Source: a virus (Duplodnaviria > Heunggongvirae > Uroviricota > Caudoviricetes). From it: a stretch of 33,848 nucleotides of DNA. Positions 1 to 8,525 of the stretch are shown here, one piece after another. The position numbers and the translations under genes were made by a program. Numbering within the stretch: the stretch's first letter is position 1; every line of letters starts with the position of its first letter. The notes under the pieces are model-generated. The model saw only the letters and a program-made list of their open reading frames with translations, did not search any database and was not told the DNA's origin. The stretch lies in IMG/VR virus record IMGVR_UViG_2925877141_000002; one strand, 5' to 3'.

Positions 1-1
1 A

Positions 2-1282
2 TTAATTTTTCATTGCTTCGTTATGGGGCATGGTTGGGGCAAACTCGCTTAACTGTGTATTTAACAAAGCTACCTGTGCATTATTGTTTTCAGACATCCA
101 TTTTCCGTATACCTGAAATACCATTTGCGCATCTGCATGGCCCATCTGGTTTGCTATAAATGCCGGGTTAGCACCAGCTGTCAGCGACCAGCAGGCATAA
201 GTATGTCTCGACTGATATGATTTTCGATGGCGGAGTCCGGCACGTTTTATCGCTGCGTCCCACATCTGCCTTATTGAGTCAACGGTAAAATGGTCACCAT
301 AATTTTTTACTCTCGCTGACACTTCAGGTTGAAAAACAAAGGTGCATTTATGTTTTTCTGTTCTGCCATACTCTCTGAGGTGAACATCAATGATATGCTC
401 TTTGCTCAGTCTCGTTAATGTCATCTGACTCCGGAGAGCGTCGATTGCTGGCTTAATAAGATGAATGACCCGATTGGTTCCCGCCTGTGTTTTTGGGACC
501 GTGAAACGGTCTTTTGCTAAATTTCTCCTGATCATCATTGTTCCATTTTTCAGATCTATGTCCTCCCATCCAAGTGCACACAGCTCACCAGGGCGAACGC
601 CAGTATAAACAGAAACACACCATAAATTTTTGGCTTGCTGATTTCTGCACGCATCGATAAGACGGATGAATTCCTCCCGCGAAAGAGGATCCGGAATGGT
701 TCTTGATTCCTTTAATGGCGAGATCCCCTTAAACGGGTTATCTGCCAGGTAACCGTTATCAACACCAAACTGGAACACGGCGTTAAGATTTGTCATGTAA
801 TTATTTACAGTTACAGCCGATCTCCCTGGTTGTGTAACAATATAGTTACTTTTGGGGATCTGGTATCCAGTCAGTAGCTCTTTACGAACCTCCAGTAATT
901 TTTCTTTATTAATCGATGAGGCAAGATTTTTTTCACCGATTATGCTCAGGATATTTTTGATGACGGCACGGTATGTGTTGAGTGATGTTTTTGCGACTTC
1001 AGTTTCTTTCAGTGCCAGAAATTTTTCAGCCAGTTCTTTTATGGTTAAATCTTGTCGGGCCTCACCAAATTTTTCCAGATTGCGTGAGGAGGGAAACTGT
1101 TTTGCATAGTCGAAAACACCAGTTTTTATTGCGTAACAAACAGAGGCGCGTAGCTCACCTGCAACGCGCCTGTTTTTTGCTGTGTCAGGAACCCCCAGGT
1201 TTTCCCTGACTCTTACGCCTTTATAAACAAACCAGATACGTAATTTCCCTCCATGGTTTTCCACGCCTGTCGGATATTTCAT
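2..1282 (-). CDS. Phage tyrosine integrase
   Basis: 431-aa six-frame ORF (2..1297); C-terminal half has tyrosine-recombinase character (RSxxT...HxxR...Y region). Second in-frame ATG at 1282 is preceded by purine-rich AGAGAAG, so chosen as start; 1297 is possible. attL must lie left of the window. Confidence 0.85.
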   Translation of the reverse strand: MKYPTGVENHGGKLRIWFVYKGVRVRENLGVPDTAKNRRVAGELRASVCYAIKTGVFDYAKQFPSSRNLEKFGEARQDLTIKELAEKFLALKETEVAKTSLNTYRAVIKNILSIIGEKNLASSINKEKLLEVRKELLTGYQIPKSNYIVTQPGRSAVTVNNYMTNLNAVFQFGVDNGYLADNPFKGISPLKESRTIPDPLSREEFIRLIDACRNQQAKNLWCVSVYTGVRPGELCALGWEDIDLKNGTMMIRRNLAKDRFTVPKTQAGTNRVIHLIKPAIDALRSQMTLTRLSKEHIIDVHLREYGRTEKHKCTFVFQPEVSARVKNYGDHFTVDSIRQMWDAAIKRAGLRHRKSYQSRHTYACWSLTAGANPAFIANQMGHADAQMVFQVYGKWMSENNNAQVALLNTQLSEFAPTMPHNEAMKN

Positions 1283-1316
1283 TTCAACTTCTCTCATTAG
1301 TTAGTGTGGCTTTTAG

Positions 1317-1568
1317 TCAAGTAAGATGACGTCTTGGTCTTGCTGATGCCTGGCGCTCAATCCAGCGATCAATTTCTTCCAGGTTGTAAAAGCATGGACT
1401 GTTATCCCATGGCATACCGTCATGAGCGACATGCTTATATTCCCTTCCTTCCATAAACGATTTTTCCCGGGCCTTTTTTAACGTACCTTTTTTTATTCCT
1501 TTCAGCGCAATTAACTGCTCTTCGGATACCCATTTGCCGGGAGAGACAATCATGATTACTTCGCTCAT
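1317..1568 (-). CDS. Excisionase-like protein (prophage Xis/DUF1233-like)
   Basis: 83-aa ORF immediately upstream of and co-oriented with int; small basic protein. Family assignment from recall only. Confidence 0.55.
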   Translation of the reverse strand: MSEVIMIVSPGKWVSEEQLIALKGIKKGTLKKAREKSFMEGREYKHVAHDGMPWDNSPCFYNLEEIDRWIERQASARPRRHLT

Positions 1569-1640
1569 CGATTTCTTTATCTCTTACATCAGACGAGCGC
1601 CGGTTGCAGAATACCAGTCACAACCGGCGACAGTTGAACA

Positions 1641-3919
1641 TTAAGAATCAGTCTGACTCGGGATCAGTTTTTGCCAGATAGCTGAAACGTATTTTGCCTG
1701 GTAACGGGCGTCATCAAGTGCATTATGGCGCTCACCTTCGAATGGAATAGCCGTTCTGGCATCGAAGTCTATGGCTTTCCCCAGCTCAACGATTGTGCGT
1801 ACATCGCGATCGTTGTAGTAACGCCACGGGCAGGGGATCCCCTGCCGTTCGTATGAACGGCGCAAAATCGTGTTGTCGAAGTTGGCTCCATTTCCCCAGA
1901 CATGAACAAAAAATTCACCGGAGTTTTCGTCGATAAATTCCCGCAATTGTAACAGTGCATCATCTAACGGGATTTCATCGGTCATAATGGCAGATTGCGC
2001 TTCGCGTGATTGCTTAAGCCACCATTTAATGGTGTCCCGATCAATGACTCCGCCAGCAGTTTCCAGATCGATAGTCTTACTAAATTCCGGTCCCATATCT
2101 CCGGTTTGCGGATCGAAAAATATTGCACCTATTGAGATGATCGGGGCATCAGGATTTTTTCCCATGGTTTCAAGGTCGATCATTAGATGGTCACACGTCC
2201 TGCTGGTGGATGTGATTTCGTGATGACCGTTCACCTTAATTGGGTGATCTGCCGTCTCGCCAGTTTCATTATCGCTATTGTGATGCTGATTGCCGCCAGT
2301 GTTCTCCTTGTGTGGATGTTCAGCGCCTTCCATTTCCTCCGGATCATCTTCCTGAACTTCAACCTGATACTCTTCATCGAATGTTTCTTGGTATGTTGCG
2401 TCGCCCATCACCGCGCCACAATCAGGGCAGTTGCCGCCGCCGGTCTGACCGCAGGCGGTGCAGGCTTTTTCCACTTCCTGTTGCGCCACTGGTTCAGGCT
2501 GTTTCGTTTCTGGCTCGTTTTGTAACGCATTTGGACTGTTTTGTTCCGCTTTTTGGTAGTTCCGTTCCGATTCATGCTGGTTCTGGTTCACAGAATCGCG
2601 GGTCTGGATCCCCTTAACCCATTTCGGATCATTCGGGTCACTAATCCCTTCAACAAATTCACCACGTGATGCAGCAAGCAACTTATCGGCGTCAGGCTGG
2701 CTGATATTGGCTGCCTGCATAATTTTGTTTACTTCGTCAGCGGTAACTTTTATCGGCTCTGGTTGTTCTGAATCTTCAGCGGTATCTACATTTTGCGGTA
2801 AGCCCGTGTATGTGCCATTTTTTCGGGCAAAATATTCTTCTTTTGTGATTTCAGTGGCGCCAGCAGCCAGTGCCTTATCCAGACCAGAAAGTTTGTTTGC
2901 GCGACCGTATTTTTCTCCGTCCTTATCTGCGAAGAGGAAATAGAACGGCCCCTCACGCTCTACAGATGGTTCAGCTTCCGGCGCGGTTTCATTTTTTGGG
3001 ATATCAGATACCTCAGTTTCCACTGCATCAGTTTGTGTTTCTGATGACTGGAGAACAGCAACAGTGCCCAGGTCTGTTTCTTCATTCTCAAACACGCCCT
3101 TTGTCGTCAGGTATTCGCAGATATATTTGTTCAGTGCTACGGGATCTTTGTGAATGTCGATCGGACGCTCACGGACAAGGCCAAAAATAGTTTGGCGGTC
3201 GTAGCGAAGGGCATCAGGCTGTTTGCGTATTGATGCCGAGATACGCTTCCAGTCTTCGCGGTCGTTGTCGATAACTTCTTTTTTTGCCCAGCGATGGATG
3301 CTGCCGTCAATGTTTCCGGCATCCACATCACCAGGCCAGAGAGCGTAGGCCAGTTCGTCATCCAGTGTTTTCCATGTCTGCTTGTATTCGCGATGAATGG
3401 CAGCAATGACCGAGCTCTTTTTTCCTGTTGAATTTTCAGTGTACTGTTGATTGGCTCTGGCGCGGGCGAGATCAACAACAGACGTGTATTTTCCGGTTTC
3501 CTTGCGTTCACCTTCGCGACGTTTTTTCCAGATGCGCATCTCTGCCTGAATTTCGGGCCATTTAGCACCAGGAATACATTTATGCTTAACCCACCCAATG
3601 GCGTGCAACTTAAGCTCCGGATACATGGCGTTAACTTCTGGCATTTTCATCAACGCTTCAACGATATGTCCGTCGAATGTTGCCATGTCTTCCTGCAACA
3701 ATTCCTGTGCGCTAATAACCATATCAACGGTGATGTTTTCACATGTGTCGAACTTAACCATGACAGCGTTCTGTACTTCAGGGGCCAGCTTGTCAAAAGT
3801 GACGTTCATCGGATCGGATTCAGTCTCAACCGGGACAAAAGAAGCAGACTCCTCATCCCAGCGGTTTTCCTGCATATATTCAGCATCCCATGAATCGAGG
3901 GCAGGGCGGGGTATGCCAG
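1641..3919 (-). pseudogene. Prophage exonuclease, C-terminal 758 codons (gene split by IS2); DnaQ-like DEDDh 3'-5' exonuclease domain at C-terminus
   Basis: ORF 1641..3947 runs into the IS2 left inverted repeat, so its first 11 codons are IS/TSD-derived. C-terminal motifs IDLETMG, VWGNGANFD, HNALDDA match DEDDh exonucleases. Confidence 0.75.
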
Positions 3920-4010
3920 TAGACTGGCCCCCTGAATCTCCAGACAACCAATATCACTTAAATAAGTGATAGTCTTAATACTAGTTTTTAGACTAGTCAT
4001 TGGAGAACAG

Positions 4011-4442
4011 ATGATTGATGTCTTAGGGCCGGAGAAACGCAGACGGCGTACCACACAGGAAAAGATCGCAATTGTTCAGCAGAGCTTTGAACCGGGGATG
4101 ACGGTCTCCCTCGTTGCCCGGCAACATGGTGTAGCAGCCAGCCAGTTATTTCTCTGGCGTAAGCAATACCAGGAAGGAAGTCTTACTGCTGTCGCCGCCG
4201 GAGAACAGGTTGTTCCTGCCTCTGAACTTGCTGCCGCCATGAAGCAGATTAAAGAACTCCAGCGCCTGCTCGGCAAGAAAACGATGGAAAATGAACTCCT
4301 CAAAGAAGCCGTTGAATATGGACGGGCAAAAAAGTGGATAGCGCACGCGCCCTTATTGCCCGGGATGGGGAGTAAGCTTAGTCAGCCGTTGTCTCCGGGT
4401 GTCGCGTGCGCAGTTGCACGTCATTCTCAGACGAACCGATGA
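4011..4442 (+). CDS. insC: IS2 OrfA (InsC) variant with altered, extended C-terminus
   Basis: Starts [14 protein letters not shown] with GGAGAACAG RBS; ends ...PGMGSKLSQ... instead of canonical ...PGDGE because of the 1-bp deletion. Confidence 0.8.
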
Positions 4443-5238
4443 CTGGATGGATGGCCGCCGCAGTCGTCACACTGATGATACGGATGTGCTTCTCCGTATA
4501 CACCATGTTATCGGAGAGCTGCCCACGTATGGTTATCGTCGGGTATGGGCGCTGCTTCGCAGACAGGCAGAACTTGATGGTATGCCTGCGATCAATGCCA
4601 AACGTGTTTACCGGATCATGCGCCAGAATGCGCTGTTGCTTGAGCGAAAACCTGCTGTACCGCCATCGAAACGGGCACATACAGGCAGAGTGGCCGTGAA
4701 AGAAAGCAATCAGCGATGGTGCTCTGACGGGTTCGAGTTCTGCTGTGATAACGGAGAGAGACTGCGTGTCACGTTCGCGCTGGACTGCTGTGATCGTGAG
4801 GCACTGCACTGGGCGGTCACTACCGGCGGCTTCAACAGTGAAACAGTACAGGACGTCATGCTGGGAGCGGTGGAACGCCGCTTCGGCAACGATCTTCCGT
4901 CGTCTCCAGTGGAGTGGCTGACGGATAATGGTTCATGCTACCGGGCTAATGAAACACGCCAGTTCGCCCGGATGTTGGGACTTGAACCGAAGAACACGGC
5001 GGTGCGGAGTCCGGAGAGTAACGGAATAGCAGAGAGCTTCGTGAAAACGATAAAGCGTGACTACATCAGTATCATGCCCAAACCAGACGGGTTAACGGCA
5101 GCAAAGAACCTTGCAGAGGCGTTCGAGCATTATAACGAATGGCATCCGCATAGTGCGCTGGGTTATCGCTCGCCACGGGAATATCTGCGGCAGCGGGCTT
5201 GTAATGGGTTAAGTGATAACAGATGTCTGGAAATATAG
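4399..5238 (+). CDS. insD: IS2 OrfB (InsD) transposase body, DDE domain; no longer reachable by -1 frameshift from OrfA
   Basis: 279-aa ORF identical to the distal InsD of copy B; the frame entered by -1 slippage at the A6G site (4328-4334) hits TAA at about 4371. Confidence 0.75.
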
Positions 5239-5249
5239 GGGCAAATCCA

Positions 5250-5447
5250 GCCAGGTTTATCCTCGCAGACAATAAATTTATAAGCGCAGTCCTGAGCAGC
5301 CGGATAATGTTCCAGGAATTGCCAGTGAAATTTTGCTCGAGCACGGCGTTCGTCGCCAGCTTCAATGGCTGTGGCTACAGCCACAGCGCCTTCTTCCCTT
5401 GTTGCCAGTTCGTCAGGAATAGCGACGCAAATAAAGACTTTACTCAT
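5250..5447 (-). pseudogene. Prophage exonuclease, N-terminal 66 codons separated from the rest of the gene by IS2
   Basis: ORF starting at 5447 (MSKVFICVAIPDE...) reads in frame through 5250; removing IS2 and one TSD copy joins it in frame to 3914..1641, restoring an 823-aa protein. Confidence 0.7.
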
Positions 5448-5540
5448 TTTGTTTTAACCTCATGACAGATTTAAGGATGAACAAATCCCTGCCATTGCTG
5501 GCATATAAGAATGAAACCGGATATTTATTACGGAACTGTT

Positions 5541-5732
5541 TTAAAGACCTGCCGGGATTTCGATATTATTCTGGTGAATAACTTTATCGACCGGGTAACA
5601 GTTACCGGGAATTTTCTGTTCGGTTGCTGCAGTCATACACTCCTGCATTGTCCTGTGAACACTGACTGCAATATCAACTGGCACTCCGGAAACAAGAAAA
5701 ACTGTCAGAACAAGCGCAAATGCTGAATTCAT
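5541..5732 (-). CDS. ydfD: YdfD-like small protein with N-terminal hydrophobic segment (reported prophage lysis protein)
   Basis: 63 aa from ATG at 5732 (MNSAFALVLTVFLVSG...), AAGGA RBS; ATGA overlap with dicB stop. Match to Qin YdfD is from recall. Confidence 0.7.
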   Translation of the reverse strand: MNSAFALVLTVFLVSGVPVDIAVSVHRTMQECMTAATEQKIPGNCYPVDKVIHQNNIEIPAGL

Positions 5733-5917
5733 TGTGCACATCCTTTTGGCATCAGACGTAAACGAGCCAGCATTGAAACAATGCATATTTTATTTAATAG
5801 CTCCCGTTCTTGTTTTCTCTTGTTAATGGCATCTTCAGTAAATACAGGGTTACTGATAGTGACACCAATTTCAAAACAACCTTCAGACGTATTAACGTTT
5901 GGTAATAACGTTTTCAT
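5729..5917 (-). CDS. dicB: Cell division inhibitor DicB
   Basis: 62 aa MKTLLPNVNTSEGCFEIGV...MLARLRLMPKGCAQ; GAGGA RBS 7 nt upstream; downstream of the DicF sequence as in the Qin dicB operon. Confidence 0.8.
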   Translation of the reverse strand: MKTLLPNVNTSEGCFEIGVTISNPVFTEDAINKRKQERELLNKICIVSMLARLRLMPKGCAQ

Positions 5918-6086
5918 TATCGCGTCCTCAACAATGAATTTTGTGATGCAGTGCCTGGTGCCTCCAAGTGACGTTAACCAGTTAACAATTAACGTCGGAT
6001 ACAGAGAATCCACCCATAACACTGTTTTTGGTTTTAACTGTTCCGCGTGCGCTTAGCCGCATTCACCGCATCACAAAATTCACTTT

Positions 6087-6144
6087 AAAAACGGCGGCAG
6101 AGCAGTCACGGAGTAAAACTGATACCGCCAAACGTCACCAGAAA
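6087..6144 (-). ncRNA. dicF: DicF small RNA with 3' stem-loop and U tract
   Basis: Reverse complement of 6092..6144 reads UUUCUGGUGACGUUUGGCGGUAUCAGUUUUACUCCGUGACUGCUCUGCCGCCG followed by UUUUU; matches DicF as recalled; sits between ydfC-like and dicB. Confidence 0.8.
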
Positions 6145-6213
6145 ATTGATAACAGAGGGCGTTGCAGCGGGGTTGTCACTTAAGCGTATGGTCAACCTGA
6201 CAACTCGGTGTCC

Positions 6214-6399
6214 TCAACGGGGAAGGAATAACCCCGCCATACTTACCGCCGCGCCATTTTGCGGGTTGCCACAACCGGAAGCGCACGGTCGAATTAAATT
6301 TAACGACACCGTACAGTGAGACGAACTTCGCCGTGCGCTTTCGTGTTGTGTGCCTGCTTTTAACCACGTCAGGCGAGGTGGTATCCTTAAAATCACCAC
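6214..6399 (-). CDS. Hypothetical small protein in the ydfC position
   Basis: 61-aa ORF with GTG start and no clear RBS; position only. Confidence 0.3.
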   Translation of the reverse strand: MVILRIPPRLTWLKAGTQHESARRSSSHCTVSLNLIRPCASGCGNPQNGAAVSMAGLFLPR

Positions 6400-6403
6400 A
6401 GTT

Positions 6404-6979
6404 TTAAGGATTCATTAAGCAATGTCGCAACCACCAATAAATCCGCTTAAGAACATGAAAATTGATTACTGGTATAAAGCGCTTACAGTTGTTGGCGCTG
6501 CGTTGTTTGTCTTTAATGGAACGTCTTTTTTTGACAGATATCCCGTTGTTCCATTGGGTTTTTTGTCCTCCGGCATCTTTTTTATTGGTTTGGGGGAGTG
6601 GATTAATCACCCTCTCAAAGTGAGATTTATTGGCCCTGGAGTTTGGACTCGTGGATATAATCGTTCTTCGTGCGCACTCGGTATCATCTTCGACATACTT
6701 GGTTGTTTCCTGATTGTTACAGGAGTCGTCAAGTTCTTCTGATGTAAAACCGCAAATGGGGCACGTAACGGGAATTTTGAAAAGCGTTTCTCCGGGTTCC
6801 AGAACAAAATTTTCTGCGGTCTGATTTTGCTTCTCATATTTGTGCTCCGCGTCATTGTGAGAGCACATTCTTATTCTGAGTGCCTGTTTAAACTCACTGA
6901 AGCTGAGAGCTTCTTCGCCTTCGGCAAGGCCTTCGAAGTATTCTTCGTAAGCCTTTTCCATGATTGTGTCGAAATCCAT
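6404..6979 (-). CDS. YdfB-like protein, extended (191 codons), with CPICGF zinc-ribbon-like motif; distal two thirds may be a shadow ORF
   Basis: Begins MDFDTIMEKAYEEYFEGLAEGEEAL... coupled to the ydfA stop; distal part is K/N/R-rich and exactly antisense to the plus-strand membrane ORF. Confidence 0.4.
   Translation of the reverse strand: MDFDTIMEKAYEEYFEGLAEGEEALSFSEFKQALRIRMCSHNDAEHKYEKQNQTAENFVLEPGETLFKIPVTCPICGFTSEELDDSCNNQETTKYVEDDTECARRTIISTSPNSRANKSHFERVINPLPQTNKKDAGGQKTQWNNGISVKKRRSIKDKQRSANNCKRFIPVINFHVLKRIYWWLRHCLMNP
6422..6742 (+). CDS. Hypothetical small membrane protein (three predicted TM segments), antisense to the dicB operon
   Basis: 106 aa with hydrophobic stretches ALTVVGAALFVF, GFLSSGIFFIGLG, ALGIIFDILGCFLIVTGVV; AAGGA RBS 11 nt upstream of ATG, lying in the 3' arm of a perfect 10-bp hairpin (6383-6392 / 6402-6411). 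Confidence 0.45.
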   Translation: MSQPPINPLKNMKIDYWYKALTVVGAALFVFNGTSFFDRYPVVPLGFLSSGIFFIGLGEWINHPLKVRFIGPGVWTRGYNRSSCALGIIFDILGCFLIVTGVVKFF

Positions 6980-6980
6980 A

Positions 6981-7136
6981 TCACTCACCTGAGTTTCTTT
7001 CCAGCCAGCGACGGGCACCATTTTCGGTTTTAAACGTTTTGCTTTTGGTATACGTCATCGCGGTGAACGTGCCGTCCTGGTTGGGGAACACGCCACATAC
7101 CAGAGATTCGCTGTTGCCAAGATCGATAGTATCCAT
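6981..7136 (-). CDS. ydfA: YdfA-like small protein
   Basis: 51 aa MDTIDLGNSESLVCGVFPNQDGTFTAMTYTKSKTFKTENGARRWLERNSGE; first gene downstream of the dicA-proximal operator. Confidence 0.7.
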   Translation of the reverse strand: MDTIDLGNSESLVCGVFPNQDGTFTAMTYTKSKTFKTENGARRWLERNSGE

Positions 7137-7250
7137 GCTGACCTCATTTCCCCTTAACGCCGGGGTAGCGGAACTGTTTGCTGAGAACACCGTGCGGTGT
7201 CTTGATGGAAAGTAATTTAGAATAACCTAACATTAGAGGCAAGTGTTTTT

Positions 7251-7268
7251 TGTTAGATTAGTCTAACA
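7251..7268. promoter_or_regulatory. Palindromic operator TGTTAGA-N4-TCTAACA upstream of ydfA (candidate DicA site controlling the dicB operon)
   Basis: Perfect 7-bp inverted repeat; the same half-sites recur in the dicA-dicC intergenic region. Confidence 0.5.
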
Positions 7269-7304
7269 AAAAGAGTGGGCGCAACTAATCACTTGAAAAG
7301 AATG

Positions 7305-7712
7305 TTATTTTATTGATTTATTTTTACGCGCTTTAAGCATTTCTTCGAAGAGTTTGTTGAAGTTTTCTACTCTTGCGCGCATTTCAGACAGCAAGGCTTC
7401 CTGCTCGGAAGATGGAAGAGCATCGAATAATTCGATCAATTCTTTGTGGTTGGGAGTTAGCTCTGTTTCCACATGAAGTTCTTGTGCAGGCACTGGTGCC
7501 TTGTCTTCGTCACCAAACATTAGCCATGTAGGTGAGCACTTCAGAGCATCCGCTAAAGCAAACAATCGTTTTCCGACTGGCTGGGTTTCGTCTCTTTCCC
7601 ATTGTGAAATTGTGACGTGAGCAACTCCAGCGAGGCGCGCAGCTTCTCGTTGTGTTAAGCGTAATTCTTTTCGTCGCGCCAGAACTCGCTGGCCTAGGGT
7701 TCTTGTATCCAT
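7305..7712 (-). CDS. dicA: XRE-family HTH repressor DicA (CI-like)
   Basis: 135 aa MDTRTLGQRVLARRKELRLTQREAARLAGVAHVTISQWERDETQP...; divergent from dicC. Confidence 0.9.
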   Translation of the reverse strand: MDTRTLGQRVLARRKELRLTQREAARLAGVAHVTISQWERDETQPVGKRLFALADALKCSPTWLMFGDEDKAPVPAQELHVETELTPNHKELIELFDALPSSEQEALLSEMRARVENFNKLFEEMLKARKNKSIK

Positions 7713-7761
7713 AGTTAGGTAATTCTAATTTTTCTTGACTTAGATATCCCGCGCACAATAA

Positions 7762-7779
7762 TGTTAGAAAAGTCTAACA
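7762..7779. promoter_or_regulatory. Palindromic operator TGTTAGA-N4-TCTAACA in the dicA/dicC divergent promoter region
   Basis: Perfect inverted repeat between the divergent starts of dicA (7712) and dicC (7793). Confidence 0.5.
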
Positions 7780-7792
7780 AGAGGGGGCTTTG

Positions 7793-8020
7793 ATGCTTAA
7801 AGTTGACGCAATTACTTTTTTTGGCAGCAAAACAAAGCTTGCCAATGCCGCAGGAGTGAGACTGGCAAGTGTTGCTGCTTGGGGGATACTGGTTCCTGAA
7901 GGTCGCGCGATGCGTCTACAGGAGGCATCTGGCGGGGAGCTTCTGTATGATCCCAAGGTTTATGACGAATATCGTAAGACGAAGCGGGCGGGGCGGTTGA
8001 ACAATGAAAATCACTCCTGA
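7793..8020 (+). CDS. dicC: Cro-like regulator DicC
   Basis: MLKVDAITFFGSKTKLANAAGVRLASVAAWG...RKTKRAGRLNNENHS; GAGGGGG RBS 5 nt upstream. Confidence 0.8.
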   Translation: MLKVDAITFFGSKTKLANAAGVRLASVAAWGILVPEGRAMRLQEASGGELLYDPKVYDEYRKTKRAGRLNNENHS

Positions 8021-8525
8021 ACAGGCTCGTGAGGCTCTGGATGCCTGGATATGTCGACCAGGAATGACACAGGAGCAGGCGACGATATTAATCACTGAAG
8101 CATTCTGGGCTTTGAAAGAGCGCCCGAACATCGATGTTCAGCGTGTCACAGATGAAGGTGGCGCGGTTGATCAGCGAGCGCTTGGCGTTAATCGAGTGAA
8201 GATATTCGAACGCTGGAAGGCTATCGACACCAGGGATAAGCGTGAAAAGTTCACGGCGCTAGTGCCTGCAATTATGGAGGCTATCCGGATTAATGATTTC
8301 AGGTTGTATCGTGAAATTAGTGACGGAAAAAGCATCACGTACATGATCGCCGGGTTAAACAAAGAATATGGCGATGTGGTGGAGTCCGGACTGCTTTTTG
8401 CTGATCCTGCCGTAGTGGATCGTGAAACTGACGAACTTATAGAAAAAGCAATTGCTTTCAAACTTGCGTATCGACAGCAATACCAACAAAAAGCTGGATG
8501 GAATTATGAGCCTTCTTTTTGCTGA
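8004..8525 (+). CDS. YdaT-family phage early protein (CII-position)
   Basis: 173 aa, translationally coupled to dicC (overlap 8004-8020); N-terminus and LPAI motif resemble Rac YdaT as recalled. Confidence 0.5.
   Translation: MKITPEQAREALDAWICRPGMTQEQATILITEAFWALKERPNIDVQRVTDEGGAVDQRALGVNRVKIFERWKAIDTRDKREKFTALVPAIMEAIRINDFRLYREISDGKSITYMIAGLNKEYGDVVESGLLFADPAVVDRETDELIEKAIAFKLAYRQQYQQKAGWNYEPSFC

Larger units (their letters stand above)
3920..5249 (+). mobile_element. IS2 (IS3 family), copy A, 1330 bp, flanked by 5-bp target site duplication GCCAG (3915-3919 and 5250-5254)
   Basis: Ends TAGACTGGCCCCCTGAATCTCC... and ...GGGGCAAATCCA; encodes InsC/InsD; identical to copy B except one missing G in the G-run at 4362-4364. 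Confidence 0.95.

Noticed and set aside
852-1209. Plus-strand ORFs (85 and 75 aa) inside the integrase gene
   Set aside because: Fully embedded antisense to a well-supported integrase coding sequence.
4076-4809. Minus-strand ORFs inside IS2 copy A (4076..4303, 4146..4346, 4378..4809) and their duplicates in copy B
   Set aside because: Antisense to the insC/insD coding sequence, duplicated only because the IS is duplicated; no independent start signals.
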